Shown in pieces: positions 1 to 12,363 of a stretch of 64,000 nucleotides of DNA. Under the pieces are notes generated by a model. That model did not search any database. It was not told the origin of the DNA and saw nothing but the letters and a program-made list of their open reading frames with translations. The first letter of the stretch is position 1. Every line of letters starts with the position of its first letter. This DNA comes from Amoebidium appalachense (Eukaryota; Protista; Ichthyosporea). A program made the position numbers and the translations under genes. Location of the stretch: contig CAVNZM010000002.1 of the NCBI GenBank assembly GCA_963693365.1, forward strand, positions 10,844,328 to 10,908,327, given 5' to 3'.

Positions 1-341
1 CAAATCAAAGCGCATTTGGAAAGGCGAGAACTGGAGAGTTGGAGGAGGCTAAGTGGTGGTTTGAGAGTGCGACCTACAAGAGACAGACTGTCGTGAAAAT
101 TTTTTTGTTGCTCAGGTTGGTTGAGGAGGTAAGGTCTCTTAGTACCGTTGGTAAGCACGCTTGGTGGAGTCGTTGTGGGGTCTAGGAAGTTGACTGCCGA
201 AATTCTGAATGAGGAGGTGTGCCAATCGGAAATTGATGTGCCTAGCTGAAAAGACTGGATCTACACACAGAGCTGGGCGGCACTAAGCCGTCTAAGGCAG
301 CGTGAGGAATATTGCCTTAGTCTCCCCCCCCTCCCCCCCCT

Positions 342-372
<31 letters not shown>

Positions 373-379
373 AAAAAAT

Positions 380-429
<50 letters not shown>

Positions 430-609
430 GCACACACACACACAACCACCAGCACCAACACCCCCACCACAACCACCACCCACAGCTGTGAACACCCCAC
501 ACGCACACACAAAAAAGAAAAAGAGAGAGGAAAAAAAGAATATAGTGTTTTCCCACAACTTCTTCACTGTTGGTATTGGTATTGTGTGTGTGCTGACTGC
601 CTGCTGCAG

Positions 610-879
610 GCCGGCACGGAGGAGGCCTTCAAAGCGGCGTCGCTGGAAAATGCCAGAAACAGCGTGCAGGAGCCCGGCATAGTGCGCTTCGACGTGCTGC
701 AGGTCCACACCCCTTCCCTTACCTCTTGTGCCCCCCAGCCCCCCCCCCCTCACCCCCAGTAACTACCTTCTTGCTGGAGCAGTCCCACCTACCTCACCAA
801 CTCCAGCTCCCTTGCCGCAAACTCATGTTCCTGCTCACAAACAGGCACACAGCTGCAAAGTTTCAGTGACCAGGGGATC

Positions 880-910
<31 letters not shown>

Positions 911-1700
911 TCTCGCTTATGCAAGAATGGCCGTTTAAGGAGTGAGCACAAAGCTCACACGTTCGGTGCCACTGGGGAGTTTTTTGGGCTGCATACACCT
1001 GTGTGTGCATGTGTGTGTGTGACAGTATGCAAACAAACCTTTTCTGACTTGCGTTAAAATTTGACTGAGTGTGGAAGGTGTCTTCTTAATTTATGTTTTG
1101 TGCCCGCCAACTTCTGGATACTGATAATGCTTATTTTTTTTTTATTTTTATTTTTTTGGTTTTTGAGTACGTCCGAGTCCTTGTGTATGCTTTTCTGTCT
1201 GTCTCATATGGAGAACATGGTGCGTACACAAACTATTATGCCAAAGGCCAGCACTAGGCCAGCCAGTACAGAGCCAGTGACCTCTTGGCTTTGGTCGATG
1301 CACCTTCTCTCACCGCACACACCCCCTGCAGCAACAAGACGACCCGACCCGGTTTGTGCTCGTGGAGATCTACAGGGACGACAAGGCCCCGGCCGCCCAC
1401 AAGGTGTGCGGTGCCCTGCATGTGGCCACACACAGTTAAAAGCCTACCCCAACAAGGGGGGGAGGGGGGCACATGGTATGAGGGTGTGGGGCTGAATAGG
1501 TCGGGTGCAGGAGACTGCGCACTACAACAAGTGGCGGGACACCGTGGCAGACATGATGGCTGAGACCCGCACAGCGTACGTGGCCCCGTGTGTGTGTGTG
1601 TGTTTGTGTGTGTGTGGAAGGAGATGGGAAATGGAGGGTATGGGTGTGCATGACTCGGATGCTTTTGGTTTCCCTGTGGCCTGTGTGTGTGTGTGTATGT

Positions 1701-1759
<59 letters not shown>

Positions 1760-2015
1760 TCGCAAGCAGTGCCGCAGTGGTATTAGGTCTGCAAGATACC
1801 TTTTTAAGCGAAGAATTAAACCCAGACCAAGCATTTGGGAGCTTGTTCAGTTACACAGTACCTGCAACACAATGAAATGTTCCACACGGCACGCGCACAT
1901 ACACACATACACACACACACACACACACCATGGGTTGCTAACGGCATATGGGTTGGGCAGGAGCAAGTTCAGCAGCCTGTTCCCCACCGACACCCAGTAC
2001 GAGTATCCCAACTGA
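610..2015 (+). CDS. LsrG-like / antibiotic biosynthesis monooxygenase (ABM) family protein, 5'-incomplete
   Basis: GT-AG exons 610-702, 1332-1403, 1511-1575 and 1961-2015 join in frame to [94 protein letters not shown]. The EPG-x-RFDVLQ, F-x-L-x-E-x-Y and AHK-x-T-x-HY motifs fit LsrG/ABM. The start exon was not found in the window. Confidence 0.88.
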
Positions 2016-2270
2016 ACCGATAATACGAGTATATCCCAACTGAACCGATAATGAGTATATCCCAAATGGGCCCGCTAATAGTATATCCCAACTGAGCCCA
2101 ATAATAGTATATCCCAACTACGAGTATATCCCAACCGAGACCAATGGGCCCGCTAATAGTATATCCCAACTGAGCCCAATAATAGTATATCCCAACTACG
2201 AGTATATCCCAACCGAGACCATTGTAGTACATAAGAGTATATCCCAATTGAGTCTAGTGCCCCAACTAAG
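1998..2270 (+). repeat. Complex tandem repeat with core AGTATATCCCAAC, overlapping the ABM stop codon and 3' UTR
   Basis: About ten copies of (G/T)AGTATATCCCAA with short variable linkers, including a duplicated higher-order block (about 2066-2142 and 2143-2222). Confidence 0.85.
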
Positions 2271-2397
2271 CCCACACTTGAGCCAAACATAAGTGTCTCG
2301 ATTAAGCCCTGCGTCCCCGGCCAGACCAGCTGTGGCCCGGGGGGCAGGCTTAGGTTTTACTTTAAGTGCGGTTAAAGCACACCGTGCATGCACGCGC

Positions 2398-5327
2398 CTA
2401 GGCCAGCTTGGACGTGGCATGGGCCTGGGCCGTGCTGACAGCCTCAGCTGCAGCCTTGGGGTTGGTGCCTACGGCCTGGGCAGTCTGGTCCCGCCCACCA
2501 CCCTGCATGCACACAGTCAGCACACATGCATGCACACAGTCAGCGCACATGCACACAGTCAGCACACCATGCATGCACACAGTCAGCACACCATGTATGC
2601 ACACAGTCAGCACACCATGCACACCATGCATGCACACAGTCAGCACACCATGCACACCATGTATGCACACAGTCAGCACACCATGCATGAACACCGTCAG
2701 CACACCATGCATGCACACAGTCAGCACACCATGCATGCACACAGTCAGCACAACATGCACACCATGCATGCACACCGTCAGCACACCATGCATGCACACA
2801 GTCAGCACACATGCACACCATGCATGCACACATTCAGCAAACCATGCATGCACACAGTCAGCACACATAAACACCATGCATGCACAGTCAGCACACATAA
2901 ACACCATGCATGCATACAGTCAGCACACCATGCGTGCACACAGTCAGCACACCATGCGTGCACACAGTCGGCACACCATGCGTGCACACAGTCAGCACAC
3001 CATGTATGCACACAGTCAGCACACCATGCACACCATCTATGCACACAGTCAGCACACATGCACACCCATGCATGCATACAGTCAGCACACCATGCATGCA
3101 CACAGTCAGCACACCATGCATGCACACAACCAGCACACATGCACACCATGCATGCACACAGTCAGCACACCATGCATGCACACATGCACACCATGCATGC
3201 ACACAGTCAGCACACATGCACACAGTCAGCGCACATGCACACCATGCATGCACACAGTCAGCGCACATCACATGTTTACGTGCACACCACCATGCACGCA
3301 TGCAAGGGCCTGCACACACCTTGCCACCCAGGATGGGTGATACGGCAGCAACCCACTCGTCAGCACGCAGACCCGCCGTGACCTTGCTCTGTGCACAGAC
3401 CAGTGAATTCATCAGTGTGTGCCCACAATGGGTAAAAGGCCAGAACATGAGTCGAGAACATTTGCTTGCACCGTTGTGGTGCCCATAACTCTCTGTTGAT
3501 GGCATCAATGTCTAGGTCTACCATTGCACTGTACCACTGTGTTATGCGTGGCTGCAGGCAGTGGGCGTGTGCATTGGAGTGGGAGTGGTATATGGGATGG
3601 GAAGAAAGGCACTTCTTATACATCATGGAGACACCAACCGTAGTGCCCCTTTCTGGTCACCCCCACCCTCCCCTCTCCAACGATACACCCTACATCCGTA
3701 TGCTCCCTTCGATCATCCCAACCCTACCCCCCACCAACCAATAAAACAATGGGGGCCACATACGGCGGGGACTGCTGCCATGACGGTGACCTTCTGGGCC
3801 TCATTGTCGACCGACAGCAGCATCACGGCCATGTCCGGGGCACTGGCCTTGAGCTGCTTAAGCGCAGCATCCAGCGCCTAGGCAGAACACGTCACCATCA
3901 ATGGCTTATATGGCACCATCCACACACCGTGTCACCCCCATACACCCTCATAGGTCACCCCCATATGCGATATCACCACACACGTACCCATATGTTACCC
4001 CCATAATATCACCACACACGTACCCATATGTCACCATCCACACACCCACATGTCACCATGCAACACCCCACGTGCAACACCCCACGTTACCCCAAATTAC
4101 CACCCATCAACCCAAAACCATGTGCACGCCCTTAACCGTAATAGTGTGTACAGGGAACCCACACCCTCTCCCTTCCCTCCCCCCCCCCTTCCCCCCCCCC
4201 CCCCCCCCCCTCCCTCAACCCATATGTACATCCACACACGTAGGTGTGCTGGCCCACCCCAGCATGCCTGCCCCCCCCCAGCACGCACCTTGCCGTTTGA
4301 GCCCACATCCAGCTGGGCCACCACAAACTGGGCACTGGCATTGGCCTCGGCCAGCTTCTTGGCCGTCTCCGTGGCCTGCAACATAGCCAGTCAGTCCACC
4401 TACCAACCAGCCAAAGCAACCCCCCCCCCCCCCCCCCCCCCCCCCTCCCCCCCCCCTCCTCTCTCTCTCCCAGCCTGCCGCCCGCCCCCTCGCCCGCCCG
4501 CCCGCCCGCCCGGGCGTACCTCCGTGACCTGTGCAGCCTTTCTTGCCTTGTCCCAGTCATCAAACCTCTTCTTCAGATCCTTGAGCTGCCCACGCAGCTG
4601 CTCCTTGCTGACGGCTGGGATGGTGGCCCCGTCCACCTCAGCACCCAGTTGGATCACGGCCTTGTTGAGCGCCTAAGGGCCATGAAGGTCAGCACCCACA
4701 GCCAGCACCACACACAGGCACATGCATGCACATATGTGCACACACAGACGCACATGCCCACCCATCCACATGAACACGCACACACCAATGTACACATGGT
4801 TGCATACAAACACCTCCACAACAACCTGCATGCAGACCAGCACACAAGCGGACACAAACACAACCAACCACCTACCAGCCAGCCAGCCACCCACCCACCA
4901 CCCCCACACCCACACCCACGCACGCACGCACCTGCAAGTCCAGCTTTGCGGCCTCATTGACCTTCTCCTGCAGGTACTTGGCCAGGTCGTAGGCCTGCAC
5001 CCCCCAGTCAGTCTTGCTTCAGCCAAACCCCCCCCCCCCCCTCCCCTCCCCCATGCTCGTGCACGCACCTCCTTTGCAGCCGGGCCTGTCACAGCCACTA
5101 TGCGGCGGATGCCTTTAGCAATGGCCTCCTCACTGAGCACGGCAAACCGCTGGATGTCTCCTGTCTGGGCCACGTGCCTGGGTGTGCTTCTAGTCAGCAC
5201 ACACCACCATCCTCTCAAAGTCCTCATCCATGTCTCCCACTCTCCCCCCCCAATCCCACCCCACACACACACCCTTATACCTGCCACCACCCACGCACAC
5301 ACACACACAAACACACACGCACGCACA

Positions 5328-5386
<59 letters not shown>

Positions 5387-5976
5387 TGACACGTACGTGC
5401 CACCGCAGAACTCCACGGAGGTAGTCTGCCACTGGGCATTTGCCGGGTTCTTGAGGATGTCCTCAACCTCGTAGCCCACAGCCACCACCCTGACTGGGTC
5501 CGGGTACACCTGCCCAACAGTCAGCACCCAGCCATTCGGCCCAAGTGCCCTCCCAGCCAGTGCCCACCTCCCCAAAGACGGCCCTCAGGCCGTTGATCTC
5601 CTTGGCCTGCGCCAGCGTGGCCTCCATCTTGCCCACGGTCCTGTTTGCCTGGATAAACCCACCCACTATGCGCTCAACCTCCTGCAGCTGCTGCCCACTC
5701 ACGGGTTTCTGCAAACCCCCACCCACCGTCAGCACATGTGCCCCCCCTCCCCCCCCTCCCCCCTCCGCCCCCTGCATGGCACGTACGCCGTGTGCGAAGT
5801 CGAAGCGCAAGCGGTCTGCCAGCACGAGGGAGCCCTTCTGGTCCGAGTCCTTGCTGACGGCCTCACGCAGGGCATAGTTGAGCAGGTGTGTGGCCGTGTG
5901 GTTGCTCATGATGGGCGTGCGCCGCTCCTACCCACCCGATTAGCCACTTGTTATCTCCCCCCTCCATCCCCCCCCC

Positions 5977-6007
<31 letters not shown>

Positions 6008-6008
6008 C

Positions 6009-6049
<41 letters not shown>

Positions 6050-6639
6050 ACACCTCGTCGATAGTGGCTGTGACCGTGTCGCCGACCCTCAGGCTGCCGC
6101 TGGACATAGTACCCACGTGCAGCACATAGCCGCCGTAGACCTGGCAGTCGGCCACCGTGAACTCCTGCTCCTGTGCACCCAGCAGGAACCCGGTGTCGTA
6201 CACCTGCCCACCTGCACGACCCCCTCAGCACCAGTACCCCCCCCCCCCTCCCCCCCCCCCCCCCCCCCCCCCCCAGGGCACTGACCCTGCTCGGCATAGA
6301 GGCATGTGCGGTCCAGCAGCACACCAACCCTCTTGTTGCTGTCCTCTGCGATCTCGTCCACAAAGGCCTTGTCTGCATACAGCGCCAGCACCTTGGCCGT
6401 GCACGGCTCAAACACTGTGCCCCCCCAGTCAGTGACCACACAGGCAGGGCCCAGGCCACTGGGGGGGCCATGTACCGTATCTGGAGCCGTCCTTCCTGTA
6501 GTTGTACTTTGGCTGGTCGTCCGTGGCCGGCACATTCTTGCCCTTGAGCTCGGCAATGGCGTGCACGTCAAGAGCCACCGCATCACCCTTGCGCTGGTCT
6601 GCAGCACTGCAGTCAGCAGCATGAAGGGGCATGCACATA

Positions 6640-6685
<46 letters not shown>

Positions 6686-7458
6686 TACACACACACACAC
6701 AGATACACACACACACACACACACACACATACACACACGCACACACGCGCACACGCACGCACGCGCACTCACACCCATACACACACACTCAACGAGGCCA
6801 CAGCGTCCACTCCACAACCACTTCCTCCCCCCCCCCCAACCACTACCATCACCACCCCTACCTCCAACCCCACCCTACCCCGGGGCATATGCATACACAC
6901 ATGCTGCTGGTGTGAATGCCCCCCAAACACACACATACCAGAACATACTGCACAACAATAAACCGCTTCATCCCCTCCCCTCCCTCCCCCTCCCCCCCCC
7001 CCCCCCCCCACCTCCGGCCTGGGAGATCAGCTTAGCCTCGTCCCTAGCGGCCTCATAGCCTTTGATGTCGACCTTGAGCCCTCGCTCCTCGGCCATCAGC
7101 ACTACAAGGTCCAGCGGGAACCCGTACGTGTCGTACAGCCGCCTGCAAACACCATCATATTGGGCAATACACAGAGATTTCTTGCTCTATCTTTCTTTCC
7201 CTTTTTCCTTTCCTTGCCTTTTTCGTTTCCTTCTGCTAGATGTTCTTGTAATTCCTACTTCGACAGAGGGGTTTCTAGGTGCAAGCATGACCCTAGCAGG
7301 GCGGTGCCAGTTCGAGCAGGGCCAAGGGCCACCACATGCCAAGTGTGATGCAAAAGTAAAGAACCTGTGGGCCTGAATGTGTGTCTGTGCTGATAGAACT
7401 GCTTACACGTGCCTGCCTTGCTCGTGTGTGCTTGCAACCATGCACACCCGAGACGGAA

Positions 7459-7489
<31 letters not shown>

Positions 7490-7564
7490 TGGATGCACTC
7501 GTGCGCGCATGTGTGTGCGTGCGCGTCTGTGTACATATGCACTTGCGCGCACACATTTTTTTCG

Positions 7565-7617
<53 letters not shown>

Positions 7618-7681
7618 CATGTGCACGTGTGGGGGCGCGCATTTTTGTGTGTGTTAGGTGTGTATGTGTGTGTGTGTGTAA

Positions 7682-7720
<39 letters not shown>

Positions 7721-7766
7721 TATGTGCGTGTGTGTTTGCGTGTGCACATGTATGTGTCGGTGTTAT

Positions 7767-7807
<41 letters not shown>

Positions 7808-10800
7808 TATGTGCGTGTGTGTTTGCGTGTGCACATGTATGTGTCGGTGTTATGTGTATGTGTGTGTGTGTGTGTGTGAATAGATATGTGCATGTGTGCA
7901 TGTGTGTGTATATACCTGTGCATGTGTGCATGTGTGTGTATATACCTGTGCATGTGTGCATGTGTGTGTATATACCTGTGCATGTGTGCATGTGTGTGTA
8001 TATACCTGTGCATGTGTGCATGTGTGTGTATATACCTGTGCATGTGTGCATGTGTGTGTATATACCTGTGCATGTGTGCATGTGTGTGTATATACCTGTG
8101 CATGTGTGCATGTGTGTGTATATACCTGTGCATGTGTGCATGTGTGTGTATATACCTGTGCATGTGTGCATGTGTGTGCATGCATGCAGGCCCTGTGTGT
8201 GCACCCACCAAGCCACGATGCCGGGAATCATGCCGTCTGTGGTTTTTGCAGCCGTCTGCTCGAAGATGCGGCGCCCACGGTCCAGAGTCTACAGGCAGGC
8301 CCCTGTCAGCAGTCAAGCACGTGCACCCCGGGGTCGTGCGCGGGAAGGCGTGAAAGGGCTATTTCTCGGTGTGGCTACCCTGCACAGTGGGTGGCGGCTA
8401 TCAAGCATGCAGGCAATGCTACCATGTAAAATGGGCGATGAGGGGGTGTTTTGCAAGTGGGTGTTGCTACCTTGTGATAGGAGGGACATTTATCGTTGGG
8501 GTGTGGCTATCTTGTTTATAAGTGTGTGTGTGTGTGTGTGTGTGTGTGTAGGAGGGGGAAGAGGGGGGTTCATGTTTGCAAGCCCACCTTGCGGGATGTA
8601 GTCTCCTCGTCCAGCAGTACCTCCTGCACAAATGCTGGGTCCTTCTTGAGCTCTAGGAACACATCCCCCTGCAGCTACCGTCAGCACCCACCACAATGCC
8701 CATGTGCCCAGCACTCCAAACAATGCACGTGCTTTATTTCCTGCCACGTGCACACACAACCAACCCAGCCTGTCGGTCAGGCAGCTCATGGTCTTTGATG
8801 ATAGTCTCATATGCACGTGTTAGTGGGTGGCAGCTGTCTAATGTGTTTGCTGCCAGCCCACACCCGCCACTCTGCTCCATCCCAACCCATCAAAGATCCA
8901 CACGCACCAAGGCCATCTTCCAGCCACACCATCTGAAAGATGGGCCCTGCATGGTGCCAACGTGCCCACAAAACCCTCCCCCCCCCCCCACCCCACCCCA
9001 CCCCACCCCACCCCACCCCACCACCACCACCACCACAGCATGAATTGCAGTGTCCCTACCAGCAGGCCCACGACGACAGGCACGAGGGAGGCAAAGAAGC
9101 CCTGCTTGGCCCCCAGCTTCTCAGCCGAGTAGCGGATGGCCCTGCGCACAATGCGCCGCAGCACATAGCCCCGTCCCTGCACCCCCGTCAGCAACCCCCA
9201 CCCAGCGCCAATCCCTCCCCCCCCCCCCGGGGTGGGCAACCACGCACCACGTTGCCGGGCAGGCCGCCATCCGAGATGGCCATGGTGAGGGTGCGGATGT
9301 GGTCGGCCACCACCCGGTAGGCCATGTCCACCCCGTCCACGTCGTCCTTGCCCACCTGCTCCCAAACTGCTCAGTGCCAAACTGCTGGCACCCCCCCCCC
9401 AAGTGCCCCAGCCCCCACCTTGCCGCCATAAGGCCTGGCCCCTGTGCCTGCCTGGATGGCGTCGGAAGATTGGGGTGAAGACGTCTGTGTCGTAGTTGGA
9501 GGACTTGTGCTGCAGCACGGACACCAGACGCTCAAAGCCCATCCCCGTATCCACACTCTTGGCCGGCAGCGGCCTGCAAAACCCTCAGTACCTCACCCCC
9601 CCGCCCCCCCCTTCCCCCCCCCCCCCCCCCCAGCACCCCCACGCACCTGAGGGAGCCGTCGCTCTCCCTGTTGAACTGCATGAACACCAGGTTCCAGATC
9701 TCAAGCACATCGGGGTCGTCCATGTTGACCAGTGACGCTGCACCCCCACCCTGCACTGTCAGCGCCACACTAGGTGCCACACCAACACCCCTGTATTCTG
9801 CATGGTAGCCGGTCTTCATGGCTTTTTCAAACAGCGAGCTTCTCCTCCATTGCACCAACCCACCCTGCCTTCGGCACGCCCCCACTGCCCAACCCGCATG
9901 CGCACCATGCACCATGTGCAGATCAGCAGGGCCCCACCTGCGTTGCGGCCACCAATGCGGTCGTAGTGGATCTCCGAGCAGGGCCCACATGGCCCGGTCT
10001 CCCCCATCTCCCAGAAGTTCTCCTTCATCCCGAACGGCATCACCTACACCCCACACCCCTCAGCCACGGGCCCTACAACTTTTTTACATCTTTCGCCTCC
10101 CCACTTCTCCCCTTCCCCACCCCCCTTCCCCCAACACCCACACATATTTACACACGCGTGTGCTTCCCTGCTACCACCACCATCCCACCCCGGCCCCCGT
10201 CCCTCCAGACACACACAGCCCTAACCCCCCCCCCCCCCCCCCCCCCAAAAAAAAGCATCTTCCCCCCTCCCCCCCCCCCACACACACACACACACTACCA
10301 CCTCCACCAGCCCCCCCCCCCCCCCCAACACACACACACACCAACACCACCACCCACCCACCCACCCACAACCACCCACCCACATGCACACACACACACT
10401 CACCACCGCCACCATCCCTCCCCCCAAATCCAACCCCCCCACACACACCCGTCCATGCACACACATACACCTACGACCATTCCCCCTCCCCCCTCCCCCC
10501 CCCCCCCACACCCACCCACACCGCCTACCCTGTGCGGCTCGAGGCCCTTGGCCAGCCACAGGTCCCTGGCCTCGGTGTCTGGCTCCAGGCCGGCAGCCTC
10601 GTTGCCGCCAAAGTAGGTCACATACAGCCGGTCAGGGTCGATGCCGTACACCACAGTCAGCAGCTCCCACGCCCACTCGATGGCCTCTTTCTGTACCCAT
10701 ACACTCAGCACACATGGCCGGCCCAGGGCGCTAGGCCCCAACAGTACAGACGATAGAAACTTGGTACCAGGAGGGCAGACTTGCAAGTGGCCAAGGAGGC

Positions 10801-10992
10801 ACGTGCAAGTATGCCCAGCATGGGATGGACTAGCAGACCAAAAGCAGAGTTGAAAGGGGAGATTATCATCGTTGGAATTATTGAGTAGGCAAGGAGTAAC
10901 AACGTTGTGGGAGAACGGCCGAAACAAAAGAAAAGGTAGGGAACAGAGACGGGGGGTGCCCCCGAGGGGGAGGAGGGAGGGGGGGAGATATA

Positions 10993-11074
<82 letters not shown>

Positions 11075-11341
11075 ACACACATAGGGAGAGGGAGAGACGG
11101 AGAGAAAAAAATACAGAGAGAGAGAGAAATAGAGAGAGAGAGAGAGAGTGTGTGTGTGTGTGTGTGTAAAGGAAAGCTGTGAAGTGCGTAGTGGGCGATA
11201 ACAACAGCCAGGCCCCGTTTTAGAGTAATGTTAGGGACAGTTGGGTAATTAGAGGGTGTTTGCTTGTGTGTGAGTGTCCGTGAATGAATAGATGCCGCTG
11301 TGTGTATGAACCTGTGTGCCTGTGTACCTGTGTGTGTGTGC

Positions 11342-11427
<86 letters not shown>

Positions 11428-12060
11428 CTGCATGCGTTGCGTATGCCTGCAACATCTATCCTATTCCTGCTTTGGCATCTAAGCCTGCCTCCTCCTTCTC
11501 CAGCAATCTGCTTGCCTACTCGATCGCAGCACGTGCCCACAAGCTATCCATGTGCCCCTAGTGCCCCTTAGCCTCTACCTTGAAGTAGTTGCCAAAGGAC
11601 CAGTTGCCCAACATCTCAAAGAACGTGTGGTGGTACGTGTCCTTGCCCACGTCGTCCAGATCGTTGTGCTTGCCGCCTGCACGGATACACTTCTGGCTGT
11701 TGCAGGCGCGGGTCAACTTGGCCATGTCGCTGTTGGGGTCCACTGTGCCCTGGAAGATGGGCTTGAACTGCAGAGGCCAGGCGTTAGCCAGCCACCCTCG
11801 GTCCGTTACAAGCAATAACAACGTCTCGTTGAGCACACGACCAAGCCACAAATTTACAGAAGCATCACCAAGATCCCATTCTAAACGAGGCAGTATCAAC
11901 ATCATTCACCCACCTGGTTCATACCGGCGTTGGTGAACAGCAGCGTGGGGTCGTCGTGCGGCACCACGGCCGACGAGGGCACCATGGTGTGGGCATGGCT
12001 CTCGAAGAACGCGTTGAACGCAGAGCGCACAGCTGCTGCGGGCCACTTCTGTTCGGCCAT
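2398..12060 (-). CDS. AARS1: Alanyl-tRNA synthetase, eukaryotic cytosolic type, 24 exons
   Basis: Exons 12060-11914, 11767-11579, 10690-10529, 10043-9938, 9737-9647, 9573-9419, 9355-9248, 9176-9060, 8668-8588, 8288-8209, 7142-7012, 6598-6476, 6414-6286, 6211-6054, 5927-5787, 5708-5568, 5509-5397, 5177-5069, 4994-4932, 4672-4520, 4375-4289, 3877-3764, 3388-3320, 2502-2398. Motifs [83 protein letters not shown] and C-terminal GGKGGG. One extra base near 9464 breaks the frame. Confidence 0.97.
2503..3300 (-). repeat. Intronic minisatellite of about 24-33 bp units (TGCATGGTGTGCTGACTGTGTGCA on the transcribed strand)
   Basis: Fills almost all of the last AlaRS intron; each unit contains TGCTGAC, the branch-point motif used throughout the window. 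Confidence 0.92.
7886..8185. repeat. 30-bp tandem repeat (TATACCTGTGCATGTGTGCATGTGTGTGTA), about 9-10 copies, AlaRS intron
   Basis: Perfect 30-bp periodicity visible over 7900-8170. Confidence 0.95.
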
Positions 12061-12363
12061 GTTTCGTGTGTGTGTGGGTGTGGGGTCTGCTTGTGGCTCT
12101 TCAAAAAGTGCGCATGTGGACATGACTCAAAGGCCAAAAAATCCTGGCCACCTACCTAAATGCAAATGTTGCATTTTAATGTTGCTATGATTTTAAAAGT
12201 TAGTAATGGCGAGTTAAGTGCTAAATGCTTGAGAAAATTACATTTTCCGCCGCTACGCTTGTGGATGTGAGCGGCCAATTGCACTGGGCGATTACATAAT
12301 CATTTTCGAGCGGAGACAGTCAGCACTTTCGCTTTTCGTGTCACCCTCAAAGACCGTTTTACC
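12061..12363. promoter_or_regulatory. Putative bidirectional promoter between AlaRS and the GTPase gene
   Basis: About 300 bp between divergent start codons, no long simple repeats, contains CCAAT near 12276. Confidence 0.5.

Noticed and set aside
1-320. First exon of the ABM gene or a transposon ORF
   Set aside because: The frames examined are interrupted by stops, with no recognisable motif or suitable start exon.
1998-2270. CRISPR-like repeat-spacer pattern
   Set aside because: The core is only about 13 bp, and the linkers are short and themselves repeated.
2293-3508. Long His/Cys/Met-rich ORFs (also 7293-8601, 20147-21534, 60388-62381)
   Set aside because: Translations of stop-free tandem repeats and microsatellites lying in introns of identified genes.
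7268-7335. tRNA-like sequence (GTTCGAG ... CCACCA)
   Set aside because: No consistent acceptor, D or anticodon stems; at most a decayed relic.
12061-12123. Upstream in-frame ATG giving a mitochondrial AlaRS isoform
   Set aside because: The extension [21 protein letters not shown] is acidic and proline-rich, unlike a presequence.
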